A program made the translations under genes and the position numbers. Positions 1-8,340 of a DNA stretch of 64,000 nt are shown piece by piece. Every line of letters begins with the position of its first letter. Positions within the stretch are counted from its first letter, which is position 1. The notes under the pieces are model-generated. The model saw only the letters and a program-made list of their open reading frames with translations, had not been told where the DNA came from and searched no databases. Origin of the DNA: an uncultured Clostridia bacterium (GTDB lineage: Bacteria > Bacillota > Clostridia > TANB77 > CAG-465); NCBI GenBank assembly GCA_947627255.1, contig CANQVI010000001.1, positions 20,899 through 84,898 of the forward strand, given 5' to 3'.

Positions 1-2109
1 TTATATACACCACAAGAGTTATACCCAGGAAAATATGTAATATATGAAACAGATACTCCAGAAGGATATTATTTAGAAGATGACTTTAGATTACCTGCAA
101 ATCCAAGCGATTATGGAAAAGTAGGAGGAAAAACAGTAACAGTTCTAAAAGATACATTAGGATTACCAGAGGATACACAATATCCAGAAGGTGGAACTTA
201 TGTAGGAGAATTCATATATACAGTAAATATGGAAGATAGACCATTAAAAGTAATACTAGAAATTGACAAAACAGGTGAAATGTTAACTGATTCAAAAACA
301 GATTCAACAAAATATGGAACAGAATATACACCTGTATATACACAAAGAGGACTACCAGGAGTAACATATGAAATAAGAGCAGCAAAAGATACATATTCAC
401 CAGACGGACAATTAAGATATAGAGAAAATGAATTGGTAGATACAATAACAACAAACGAAGAAGGTATAGCTAAAACTAAAGAAATGTATCCAGGTGAATT
501 TACAATAAAAGAAGTAGTAACACCTGAAGGATATGTAACAGATAAAAATATACCAAATATAGTTCTTGAAAACAATGATAAACTAACAAGAGTAAAGACA
601 ATAAAGAAAGATTTATCAAATATAAGACAAAAATTAAAATTAACATTTAAGAAAGATTATGAAGACTTAAAATACTCAGAGAGTGAAAAAGAAGAAAGAT
701 GGGCAGTATTTGGAGTATACACTAAGAATGATATTAGAAATGTTGAAGGAAATGTAGTAATAAAAAGAGATGGATTAGTAGATGTAATAAGAGTAGAAAA
801 TGAGGAAGAAGATGTAACAAGTAACGTAGATTTACCAAAAGGAACATACTATGTAAAAGAGCTTGAAGCATCATATCCATATGAATTAATAAAAGAAGCA
901 AAAGAAGTTACTTTAACATATAAAGGAACAGATGATGAGTATGTAACATTTACAATGGATAAAGTAACAAACACATTTGAAAAAGGAACAATAACTTTAA
1001 TAAAATTATCAAGTTCAACACTTGGAAATGTAGTATTAGATGGAGATAATTTAACTGTAGAAGGTCAAGATGAAAAACTTGCTCAAATCTTAGATGACGT
1101 AAAGAATATGACAGATGATGAAATAAGAACATATTTAGCTTCTCAAGATGTAGAATATGTAGCAGGTGCAGAATATAGCGTATATTTAGATTATGAATGC
1201 ACAAGACCACTATATAAGAAAAATCAAGTAACTGGTAAAATGGAAGAAACAAAACTTGTAACAGATAGCTCTGGAATGGTAAAATTAGAAGATTTACCAG
1301 TAGGTAAATACTATCTAAAAGAAACTTATGCACCAGCAGAATATAAAATGTCTGAAGAAGTAATAGAGATAGAACTAACAAGAGAGCAAAGAGATTCAAC
1401 AGTGTACAATGCATTAGTAGATGAGAGTGTACATGGTGAATGGATTCAAAAGACAGATATATTTACAGGAGATGTAGTACCAGATTGTACATTTGAAATA
1501 ACAGATAAAAATGGTAAAGTGTTATTACGTTCAATAACAGATGAAGATGGTGTAGCATATATACCAGTAGATATGTTTGAAGATGGTGAAAAATATTACT
1601 TCCAAGAAATCGACGCACCAGAAATATATGATTTAAATCCAGAAAAACATGAATTTACAGCAAAAATTGAAGATGGAAAATGGGCAGCTGAGAAAATAGA
1701 AGTAACAAATACAAGAAAGAAATCAAAAGTAACATTTGAAAAACTAGATGTTGCAGATTCAACAAGAATACCAAATTGTAAATTCGAATTAAGAAGTCTA
1801 GAAACAGATTTCGTAGTAGAAGGTGTAACAGACGAAAATGGAATATATGTATTTGAAGATATACCATATGGTAAATACACTTATACAGAGTTAGAAGCAC
1901 CAGATGAATATATCTTAGATACAGAACCACATGAGTTAGTAGTAGATGCAGAAGAAGTAAAAGTAAAAATAACTAACGAAAAGGCACCAGAATTACCAGA
2001 TACTGGAGATATAGCTGTAATAGCATTAGTTGCAGTAGCAGTAGTTTGTGTACTTGGAATAGTATTTGTAGTAGTTAGAAATAGAAAAAAAGCTACTAAT
2101 AGAGATTAA
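1..2109 (+). CDS. LPXTG-anchored surface protein with Cna B-type repeats; 5'-truncated, since frame 1 is open from base 1
   Basis: Repeated G-Y-x-E-x-AP-x-Y Cna-B-like motifs (GKYYLKETYAPAEYK, GKYTYTELEAPDEYILD). C-terminal LPDTG sorting motif, then a hydrophobic TM and an RNRKK tail. Confidence 0.8.
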   Translation, partial: LYTPQELYPGKYVIYETDTPEGYYLEDDFRLPANPSDYGKVGGKTVTVLKDTLGLPEDTQYPEGGTYVGEFIYTVNMEDRPLKVILEIDKTGEMLTDSKTDSTKYGTEYTPVYTQRGLPGVTYEIRAAKDTYSPDGQLRYRENELVDTITTNEEGIAKTKEMYPGEFTIKEVVTPEGYVTDKNIPNIVLENNDKLTRVKTIKKDLSNIRQKLKLTFKKDYEDLKYSESEKEERWAVFGVYTKNDIRNVEGNVVIKRDGLVDVIRVENEEEDVTSNVDLPKGTYYVKELEASYPYELIKEAKEVTLTYKGTDDEYVTFTMDKVTNTFEKGTITLIKLSSSTLGNVVLDGDNLTVEGQDEKLAQILDDVKNMTDDEIRTYLASQDVEYVAGAEYSVYLDYECTRPLYKKNQVTGKMEETKLVTDSSGMVKLEDLPVGKYYLKETYAPAEYKMSEEVIEIELTREQRDSTVYNALVDESVHGEWIQKTDIFTGDVVPDCTFEITDKNGKVLLRSITDEDGVAYIPVDMFEDGEKYYFQEIDAPEIYDLNPEKHEFTAKIEDGKWAAEKIEVTNTRKKSKVTFEKLDVADSTRIPNCKFELRSLETDFVVEGVTDENGIYVFEDIPYGKYTYTELEAPDEYILDTEPHELVVDAEEVKVKITNEKAPELPDTGDIAVIALVAVAVVCVLGIVFVVVRNRKKATNRD

Positions 2110-2132
2110 TACTTTCTAGAGTTATAATAAAA

Positions 2133-2165
2133 GAGACGACCTATGTCAGGTCGCCTCCTTTTGTT
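2133..2165. terminator. Bidirectional rho-independent terminator between convergent genes
   Basis: gagacgacct/aggtcgcctc stem with a 5-nt loop, followed by a T-run. Overlaps the stop of the minus-strand gene. Confidence 0.45.
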
Positions 2166-2841
2166 TGGATTTTTTGTTTTCTTTGCGTCTTGCTAGAAGA
2201 TTGTCTATTAACACGAACAAGTACCCCATTATTAGAAAACATAGACAAATAATTATTATGTATTTGAAAACACCAAACACACCAAGTTTGTCTATATCTA
2301 AAAAGAAGTACGCGTATTTTTTCGAACCACCTACACTAAAGAATCGACCTCCCATTGAAGAATATAAATACACGTAAAATAAATACAGCATTGGAAAAAA
2401 TTGCCATAATAAGGGATAATATAATTTAAAATGTCCTTTTTCATCACATATAAAATAGTCAAGCAACACCATAAGTGGCGTTATAAAATGAACAAATATG
2501 TTTGACACTCTAAATATATTAGATGACGCGGTTTTGACATCCATAATGAAATTTGATGGATGCAAAGATACTGCATATATTACAAAAGTAAGCAAAATTA
2601 CCATTGTAATAGCTCCCTTAAGAAAATGATATAATTCAGTTTTCTCCCAATTTGGTTTTATTTTAGATATTAATATACTTCCAAGAAAGAAAAAAAGTAC
2701 GAATAAATTACTCTGCATAGTGTAAAATGATAAAATGCCTTTAATTGACGTCGTTCTTAAAAGATTAGACAAAACTCCTGTTAAACAGCATACAATAGTA
2801 GCTATTCTGAACGCAAAAGAAAATCTCCTTCTGCTATTCAT
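2146..2841 (-). CDS. Polytopic membrane protein, function unknown
   Basis: Several hydrophobic helices. Start chosen at MNSRRRF, which has an AAGGGTGGTG RBS and an upstream TATAAT; the ORF track extends to 2895. Confidence 0.55.
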   Translation of the reverse strand: MNSRRRFSFAFRIATIVCCLTGVLSNLLRTTSIKGILSFYTMQSNLFVLFFFLGSILISKIKPNWEKTELYHFLKGAITMVILLTFVIYAVSLHPSNFIMDVKTASSNIFRVSNIFVHFITPLMVLLDYFICDEKGHFKLYYPLLWQFFPMLYLFYVYLYSSMGGRFFSVGGSKKYAYFFLDIDKLGVFGVFKYIIIICLCFLIMGYLFVLIDNLLARRKENKKSKQKEAT

Positions 2842-3020
2842 GCTTGCACCACCCTTCATAGCGAATATTATAGCATAATTTGAGCTTTTTTTCAAGCTAA
2901 AAGTTTACGATAATAATTTGACAAGAATTAATTATCACGATATAATATAGAAAATATAAAATTAAATGTAAAAATAAAGATGGTTGAAATGTAGTAGGAT
3001 ATATGAAAATGGAGGTAGAA

Positions 3021-3776
3021 ATGAGAGCTTTAGTAACAGGAGCATCCTCTGGAATTGGATATAGTATTGCAAGGTATCTTAGTAAATTAGGGTATGACTT
3101 GATAGTAGTAGCAAGAAGAAAAGACTGCTTATTAAATCTAAAGAGAGAATGTAAAACAGATGTAAAAGTTGTAGTTCTAGATTTAAGCATTATATCTAAT
3201 ATGTATAAGTTACATGAAATAACAAGTAAATATGATATAGATATAGTAGTAAATAATGCTGGTGTTGGTCTTTATGGTGAATTCTATGAAATAGATACTA
3301 GCAAGGAAATAAGTATGCTAAACTTAAATGTAATTGCAACAGATGTTATTACTAAATTATATTTAAAAGATATGGTAGAAAAAAATAGTGGCAAAATATT
3401 AAACATATCCTCTATTTTAAGTTTTATGCCTGGACCGTTAATGAGCTCATATTATGCTAGTAAAGCATATATTACTAGTATGAGTAGAGCAATAAATACA
3501 GAATTAAAAATGAAAAAAATTAATGTTAATGTTTCTACACTTTGTGCAGGAGCAGTCGATACAAATTTTAATTCAGATTTAGGTGTAAACTACTTTTTTC
3601 CACCTAGTTCATCAGAAAAAGTAGCGGAATATGCAATAAATAAATTGTTAAAAAACAAAGAAATAATAATACCAGGTACTATTAATAAAATAATGTATTT
3701 TTTAAATAAAGTAATTCCAATAAAATTTTCAAAATATTTTATATATATGACTCAAAATGGAAAAAGATATTATTAA
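3021..3776 (+). CDS. Short-chain dehydrogenase/reductase (SDR) family oxidoreductase
   Basis: TGASSGIG Rossmann motif, NNAG, and a Y-x3-K catalytic pair (YYASKAY). GGAGG RBS before the ATG at 3021. Confidence 0.85.
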   Translation: MRALVTGASSGIGYSIARYLSKLGYDLIVVARRKDCLLNLKRECKTDVKVVVLDLSIISNMYKLHEITSKYDIDIVVNNAGVGLYGEFYEIDTSKEISMLNLNVIATDVITKLYLKDMVEKNSGKILNISSILSFMPGPLMSSYYASKAYITSMSRAINTELKMKKINVNVSTLCAGAVDTNFNSDLGVNYFFPPSSSEKVAEYAINKLLKNKEIIIPGTINKIMYFLNKVIPIKFSKYFIYMTQNGKRYY

Positions 3777-3779
3777 TAA

Positions 3780-3808
3780 CTTAGCATTTAAGCTAAGTTA
3801 TTTTTTTT
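3780..3808 (+). terminator. Rho-independent terminator after the SDR gene
   Basis: cttagc/gctaag hairpin followed by T9. Confidence 0.5.
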
Positions 3809-3837
3809 GTATAAAATTATTTTTTTCTACCATAACA
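3809..3837 (+). promoter_or_regulatory. Possible forespore-type promoter (GTATA-N17-CATAACA) upstream of the ger operon
   Basis: Weak resemblance to the SigG/SigF -35 GnATA and -10 CATnnTA elements. Speculative. Confidence 0.2.
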
Positions 3838-3856
3838 ATAATAGGAGTAAAATGCT

Positions 3857-5323
3857 ATGAATAATATTTTAGAATATATAAAAAGTAGAGCAGAAAATAT
3901 AGATGATATATTTTTTAGAGAAATAGCTATAAATGATAAAAAAGTATATTTGGTTTCAAGTGATGCTATGACAAATTCGGAATTATTATCTAATTTTGTA
4001 ATTAGAAGTATAGTGGAATGTTTAAAAGACACTGAAGAAGAAAATGATAATTTAAAAGATAAAATAATGAAGAAATTAGGCGAAAATAAAATTCAATTTG
4101 AAGATGTACTTGCAATAAATAAAATAAAAAAAATAGATATAAAAAATGAAGATATATTTAAATATATATTTTCTGGATTTGCAGTTATAATCTATGAAGA
4201 AAATGTATATGTGGTAAATGTTAAAGCATCTCTTACTAGAAGTATTTCTGAACCATCAAATGAAACTTCGGTAAGGGGTGCTAAAGACTCTTTTGTAGAA
4301 AATATATTACAAAATGTAGGCTTAATTAGAAATAGGATAAAGTCTGCAAATTTGTTATACAAGGAACAAGAAATAGGTACAAAAACTAAAACAAAAGTAG
4401 CACTTATGTATATATCGGATATTGCTAAAAAAGATTTAGTGGATTATGTGCAAAAGAAGATAAGCAAAATAGAAATTGATGGAATATTAGATGTTAATTA
4501 TATTCAAGAATATATAGAAGAAAAAAATGACTCAGATTTTCCAGTATCAATAAATACGCAAAGACCAGATGTAGTTTCATATTATTTACTACAAGGAAGA
4601 ATAGTAATTTTAGTAGATAATAGTCCTTTTGTACTTATTCTACCAGCTTTTTTTGAAGACTTTGTAAACAATATAGATGATTTATATCAAAAATCTAAAA
4701 ATGTTACTATTACTAAAATAGTAAGATATATATCGTTAATTATAACTATAATTACACCAGCATTATATCTATCTTTAATAACCTTTGACCAAGAGTCAAT
4801 ACCAGGAGATTTATTAACATCATTTGCAGCTCAAAGAGAAGGAGTACCATTTCCAGCATTTTTTGAAGCAGCTGTTATGATATTTGCTTTTGAAATTTTA
4901 AAAGAAAGTGATATGAGAGCTAATAAAGTATCTGGCAATACTCTTTCAATAGTTGGTGCGTTGATATTAGGTGATGCTGCTGTAAGTGCTGGAATAGTTT
5001 CTCCAATAATGATAATTGTTGTAGCTATAACTACTATTTCTGGATTAATGTTTTCGGATATTAATATAGTAAATGCTCTTAGAAAATGGAGGATAATTTT
5101 TATGCTATTTGCAAGTTTATGCGGAATAATAGGAATGGGAATGGCCTTTACTTTCTTTGTTACTAGTTTAGTTGCAACAAAAAGCTATACAAAGCCTTTT
5201 ACATATCCTGTGGCACCATTTAATTATACAGAAGCAAGTAAAAATTTACTAAGCAGAATAAAAATTCCGAAAGATAATAAAAGACAAAAGATACTTACTA
5301 ATAATTTAACTAAAAGTAGGTGA
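3857..5323 (+). CDS. Spore germination protein, GerA family A subunit
   Basis: Conserved GRIVILVDNSPFVLILPAFF region and a C-terminal multi-TM domain typical of GerAA/GerKA. Confidence 0.8.
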   Translation: MNNILEYIKSRAENIDDIFFREIAINDKKVYLVSSDAMTNSELLSNFVIRSIVECLKDTEEENDNLKDKIMKKLGENKIQFEDVLAINKIKKIDIKNEDIFKYIFSGFAVIIYEENVYVVNVKASLTRSISEPSNETSVRGAKDSFVENILQNVGLIRNRIKSANLLYKEQEIGTKTKTKVALMYISDIAKKDLVDYVQKKISKIEIDGILDVNYIQEYIEEKNDSDFPVSINTQRPDVVSYYLLQGRIVILVDNSPFVLILPAFFEDFVNNIDDLYQKSKNVTITKIVRYISLIITIITPALYLSLITFDQESIPGDLLTSFAAQREGVPFPAFFEAAVMIFAFEILKESDMRANKVSGNTLSIVGALILGDAAVSAGIVSPIMIIVVAITTISGLMFSDINIVNALRKWRIIFMLFASLCGIIGMGMAFTFFVTSLVATKSYTKPFTYPVAPFNYTEASKNLLSRIKIPKDNKRQKILTNNLTKSR

Positions 5324-5327
5324 TAAT

Positions 5328-6398
5328 ATGAGAAAATATGTTTTAGTATTAATACTTTTAGTGCTTGCATTTAATGGAATGGATAATTTAAGAGAGTTAA
5401 CCAATTTAGCTATTGTTACATCAATAGGAATAGATATAACAGAAGACCAAAAATACTTAGCTACAGCTATAGTATTAGATACTAGTAGCAAAGAAAATTC
5501 AAATGAAGGAATAATTTATGAAGCAGAAGGAAATACTGTTCAAGAAGCAGTAAGAAATATAGTAGATATTTCTCCTAAAAAATTGTATATTGGACATTTA
5601 GAAACTTTAATAATATCTGAAGAAATAGCAAGGGAAAAGCTGATGAGTACATTAGACTTTTTTATTAGAGATAATGAAGGAAGTAATAATTTTTATCTTT
5701 TTGTAGCAAGTGGAAGTAACTCTAAAGAAGTAATAAAAGCAATAAATGATAGTAAAGAAAGTATGAAAGAAAAATTACTATCTTCTACAAGATATAAAGG
5801 AAATTGTAATAAAGATACATTAAATGATATTATACAAGATATATTAAAGCCAGGAAAAGATGTTCTAGTAAATTCATGCAAAATTGAAGATAAAAATGTA
5901 AAAATTGAAAATATGGCGTACTTTAAGTCGTGGAATATGCAAGGTTTTTTAAATGATCAAGAAAGTATAATGCTTAATATATTAAATAATAACATAGAAA
6001 ATACCATTATAACTACAGAAAATGCAAATAGAAATATTGTATCAGAAGTAATATCTAGTAAATGTAAAATGAAACTTAATAAAGAGACAAACACTATAAA
6101 TATAGATATAGTTATGGAAGCTAATATTTCTGAGACTGGAAAAGAAATTACAATACAAAATAAAGAGGAAATGGATGATGCAGAAATATTATTAGAAAAA
6201 ATAGTAAAAGAAAAAATTGAAGAATGTATTAAAAAAATGAAAAATGAATATAACTCAGATTTAATAGGAATAGGAAATTTGTTATATAGAAAAAAAGATT
6301 CATTATTTAAAGATAATGATTATTTGAGTAAAATTAATATTCTAGCAAATGTAGATTTTAAAATATTAAATCAGGGAGGTGTAATTAAAAAATGGTAG
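5328..6398 (+). CDS. Germinant receptor C subunit-like (Ger(x)C family) protein
   Basis: N-terminal signal-like segment and an AIVTSIGID motif. Sits between the A and B subunits. Confidence 0.55.
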   Translation: MRKYVLVLILLVLAFNGMDNLRELTNLAIVTSIGIDITEDQKYLATAIVLDTSSKENSNEGIIYEAEGNTVQEAVRNIVDISPKKLYIGHLETLIISEEIAREKLMSTLDFFIRDNEGSNNFYLFVASGSNSKEVIKAINDSKESMKEKLLSSTRYKGNCNKDTLNDIIQDILKPGKDVLVNSCKIEDKNVKIENMAYFKSWNMQGFLNDQESIMLNILNNNIENTIITTENANRNIVSEVISSKCKMKLNKETNTINIDIVMEANISETGKEITIQNKEEMDDAEILLEKIVKEKIEECIKKMKNEYNSDLIGIGNLLYRKKDSLFKDNDYLSKINILANVDFKILNQGGVIKKW

Positions 6399-7498
6399 AA
6401 AAAGAATCAGAAAAAATACATAGTCTAGGATATAGTTTTATTATTTTTACTTGCTTTTTATCTATATTTATTGGTAAAGGCACATATGTTATGTTTTCAC
6501 TCACTAGTAACGATACACTTATTTGCTCTATATTTGGATTTTTAGCAAGTTTTGTCTTAATAGCAATAATTAGTTATATAATTAGCAAAAATCAAAATAA
6601 AGACATTTTTGAACTAAATAAGAGCATATTTGGAAAAGTTTTAGGAAATATTTTAAATTTTGCATTATGGATAGGATTTTTTATAGTAAGTATAATTATT
6701 TTATATAATATGGCAGATTTTTTTAATACACAATATTTACCAGAGACATCAGTAGAGTATCTAAAAATGCTAGTAATATTACCGTTAATATACATATCTA
6801 CTAAGAATTTATCTACATTAATAAAAATGAATCAAATATTAGCTATAGTCTCATTATTATTAAATTTAATAAGTTTTATAGGAATATACAACAAGATAGA
6901 TTTTATTAATCTAGAGCCTATTTTTGTATCTAGTAAAATTAATATTATAAAAAGTGTAATTACATACTTCATTTTATCTATAGTTCCACTGAGTATATTG
7001 CTTGTTACAAATAAAAATAGTGTAAAGGATAGTGAAAGACTAAATAAAAACTTAATTAAAGTATTTATACTAACAAATATAATTTTAATTTTAATAATAG
7101 CTTTTACAATACTTATTTTAGGACCAGAGTACTTAGAAATATTTAGATTTCCAGAATATATAACTTTAAAACAGTTTAGCTTATTTAATATACTAGAAAG
7201 AGTAGAAAATATATTAGCCTTAAATTATTATTTTAATTGTACTGGACTACTTGCATTTCTATATTATTTTTTAATAAACTATATGCCACAAACAAAGTAC
7301 AGAAGATACTATTCCATAATAATAGCTATTTTACAAGTATTAGTAACTAAAATTATATTTAAAAATACAATATCCTTTATTGAAGTGTTAAAAGGGTATT
7401 TCGTATATGCTGTATTTTTCTTTATTCTACTACCAATATTAATTACTTTTTTAAAATTGTTTTTTAATAATATAAAAAATAAAAAAATGTCAACTTAA
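6392..7498 (+). CDS. Spore germination protein, GerAB family permease (B subunit)
   Basis: About 10 TM helices over 368 aa. Overlaps the C subunit stop (ATGGTAG). Confidence 0.7.
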   Translation: MVEKESEKIHSLGYSFIIFTCFLSIFIGKGTYVMFSLTSNDTLICSIFGFLASFVLIAIISYIISKNQNKDIFELNKSIFGKVLGNILNFALWIGFFIVSIIILYNMADFFNTQYLPETSVEYLKMLVILPLIYISTKNLSTLIKMNQILAIVSLLLNLISFIGIYNKIDFINLEPIFVSSKINIIKSVITYFILSIVPLSILLVTNKNSVKDSERLNKNLIKVFILTNIILILIIAFTILILGPEYLEIFRFPEYITLKQFSLFNILERVENILALNYYFNCTGLLAFLYYFLINYMPQTKYRRYYSIIIAILQVLVTKIIFKNTISFIEVLKGYFVYAVFFFILLPILITFLKLFFNNIKNKKMST

Positions 7499-7511
7499 TG
7501 CGTTAAAAATA

Positions 7512-7540
7512 TTGCAATTATGCACAAAAAATGTTATAAT
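7512..7540 (+). promoter_or_regulatory. Near-consensus sigma-A promoter (TTGCAA-N17-TGtTATAAT)
   Basis: -35 at 7512-7517, extended -10 at 7532-7540, spacer exactly 17 nt. Confidence 0.5.
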
Positions 7541-7607
7541 TTATAATGTACTGTTTAGAAATAAAATAAGACTAATTTTTTAATAAATAATGGGGGATGT
7601 AGTTTAA

Positions 7608-8213
7608 ATGAAGAATAAAAAAGCAGTAGATGAAGTAAAAATGCGCGAATATATTGGAGTATTAGATGTAATAAAAGACACAGTAGGTGAGAGAAATAAA
7701 GCAAGTATATGCCTAAATAACTATACATTAAAGACTTTAGCAGGATATACACAAGATTCCACTGAAGATAATTTTAATATGTACGTTAAAAATTATTTAG
7801 ATAAATTGTCTTATGATGAACATAACAGAAAAGTTGGAGAAGCTAAAAAATCAAAAGATACAGAAAAATTACAACAATTATCTAACGAAGTTATGGGAAT
7901 GGCTGGATATGTTAATGGAGATACTCAAATGTCACCAAAGGCTATAAATCAATATGCTAAAAGTTTTGTTGATAGAACTTTACTAGATAGAAAATTTTCA
8001 AAGTTATTTAAAGCTATAGAAAGCGGAAATGATGCTGTTATAGACCAAGTATACAAAGAAATCTATAGCATGACTAATTATAGCCAAAATAGACCTTATG
8101 GCGTTGTAAACCAATATGCGCAAACATTTGTAGATGGCAGAATTGATGAGTTTATCCAAAGAGGAATACACAGTACCATTGAAATTGAAGATAAACAGCA
8201 ATATGCTATTTAA
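7608..8213 (+). CDS. Hypothetical soluble protein with an internal sequence repeat
   Basis: Strong RBS (GGGGGATG). Repeated NQYA-x-FVD segments. Own promoter and terminator. Confidence 0.6.
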   Translation: MKNKKAVDEVKMREYIGVLDVIKDTVGERNKASICLNNYTLKTLAGYTQDSTEDNFNMYVKNYLDKLSYDEHNRKVGEAKKSKDTEKLQQLSNEVMGMAGYVNGDTQMSPKAINQYAKSFVDRTLLDRKFSKLFKAIESGNDAVIDQVYKEIYSMTNYSQNRPYGVVNQYAQTFVDGRIDEFIQRGIHSTIEIEDKQQYAI

Positions 8214-8221
8214 TATTAAAA

Positions 8222-8248
8222 CTTGAAATTTAGATTTCAAGTTTTTTT
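8222..8248 (+). terminator. Rho-independent terminator
   Basis: cttgaaat/atttcaag hairpin followed by T7. Confidence 0.55.
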
Positions 8249-8340
8249 CTTGTTATAATACTAATTTTGTGATAGAATATAGAGGAAATATCATTAAAGC
8301 AAAAGTTCTTTAAAATCAAGATAAAAATGGAGTTGAGAAT

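Noticed and set aside
198-1930. Minus-strand ORFs (198..575, 212..454, 950..1414, 1596..1880, 1655..1930) inside the surface-protein gene
   Set aside because: They lie antisense to a strongly supported CDS. Their Leu/Phe/Ile-rich translations are typical of AT-rich antisense frames, and they have no RBS.
2165-8240. Other short overlapping ORFs (2165..2377, 2897..3190, 3817..4032, 5306..5491, 5693..5881, 6592..6795, 7555..7752, 8004..8240, and similar ones later in the window)
   Set aside because: They sit antisense or out-of-frame within better-supported genes. Their low-complexity hydrophobic translations are artefacts of the roughly 27% GC composition.
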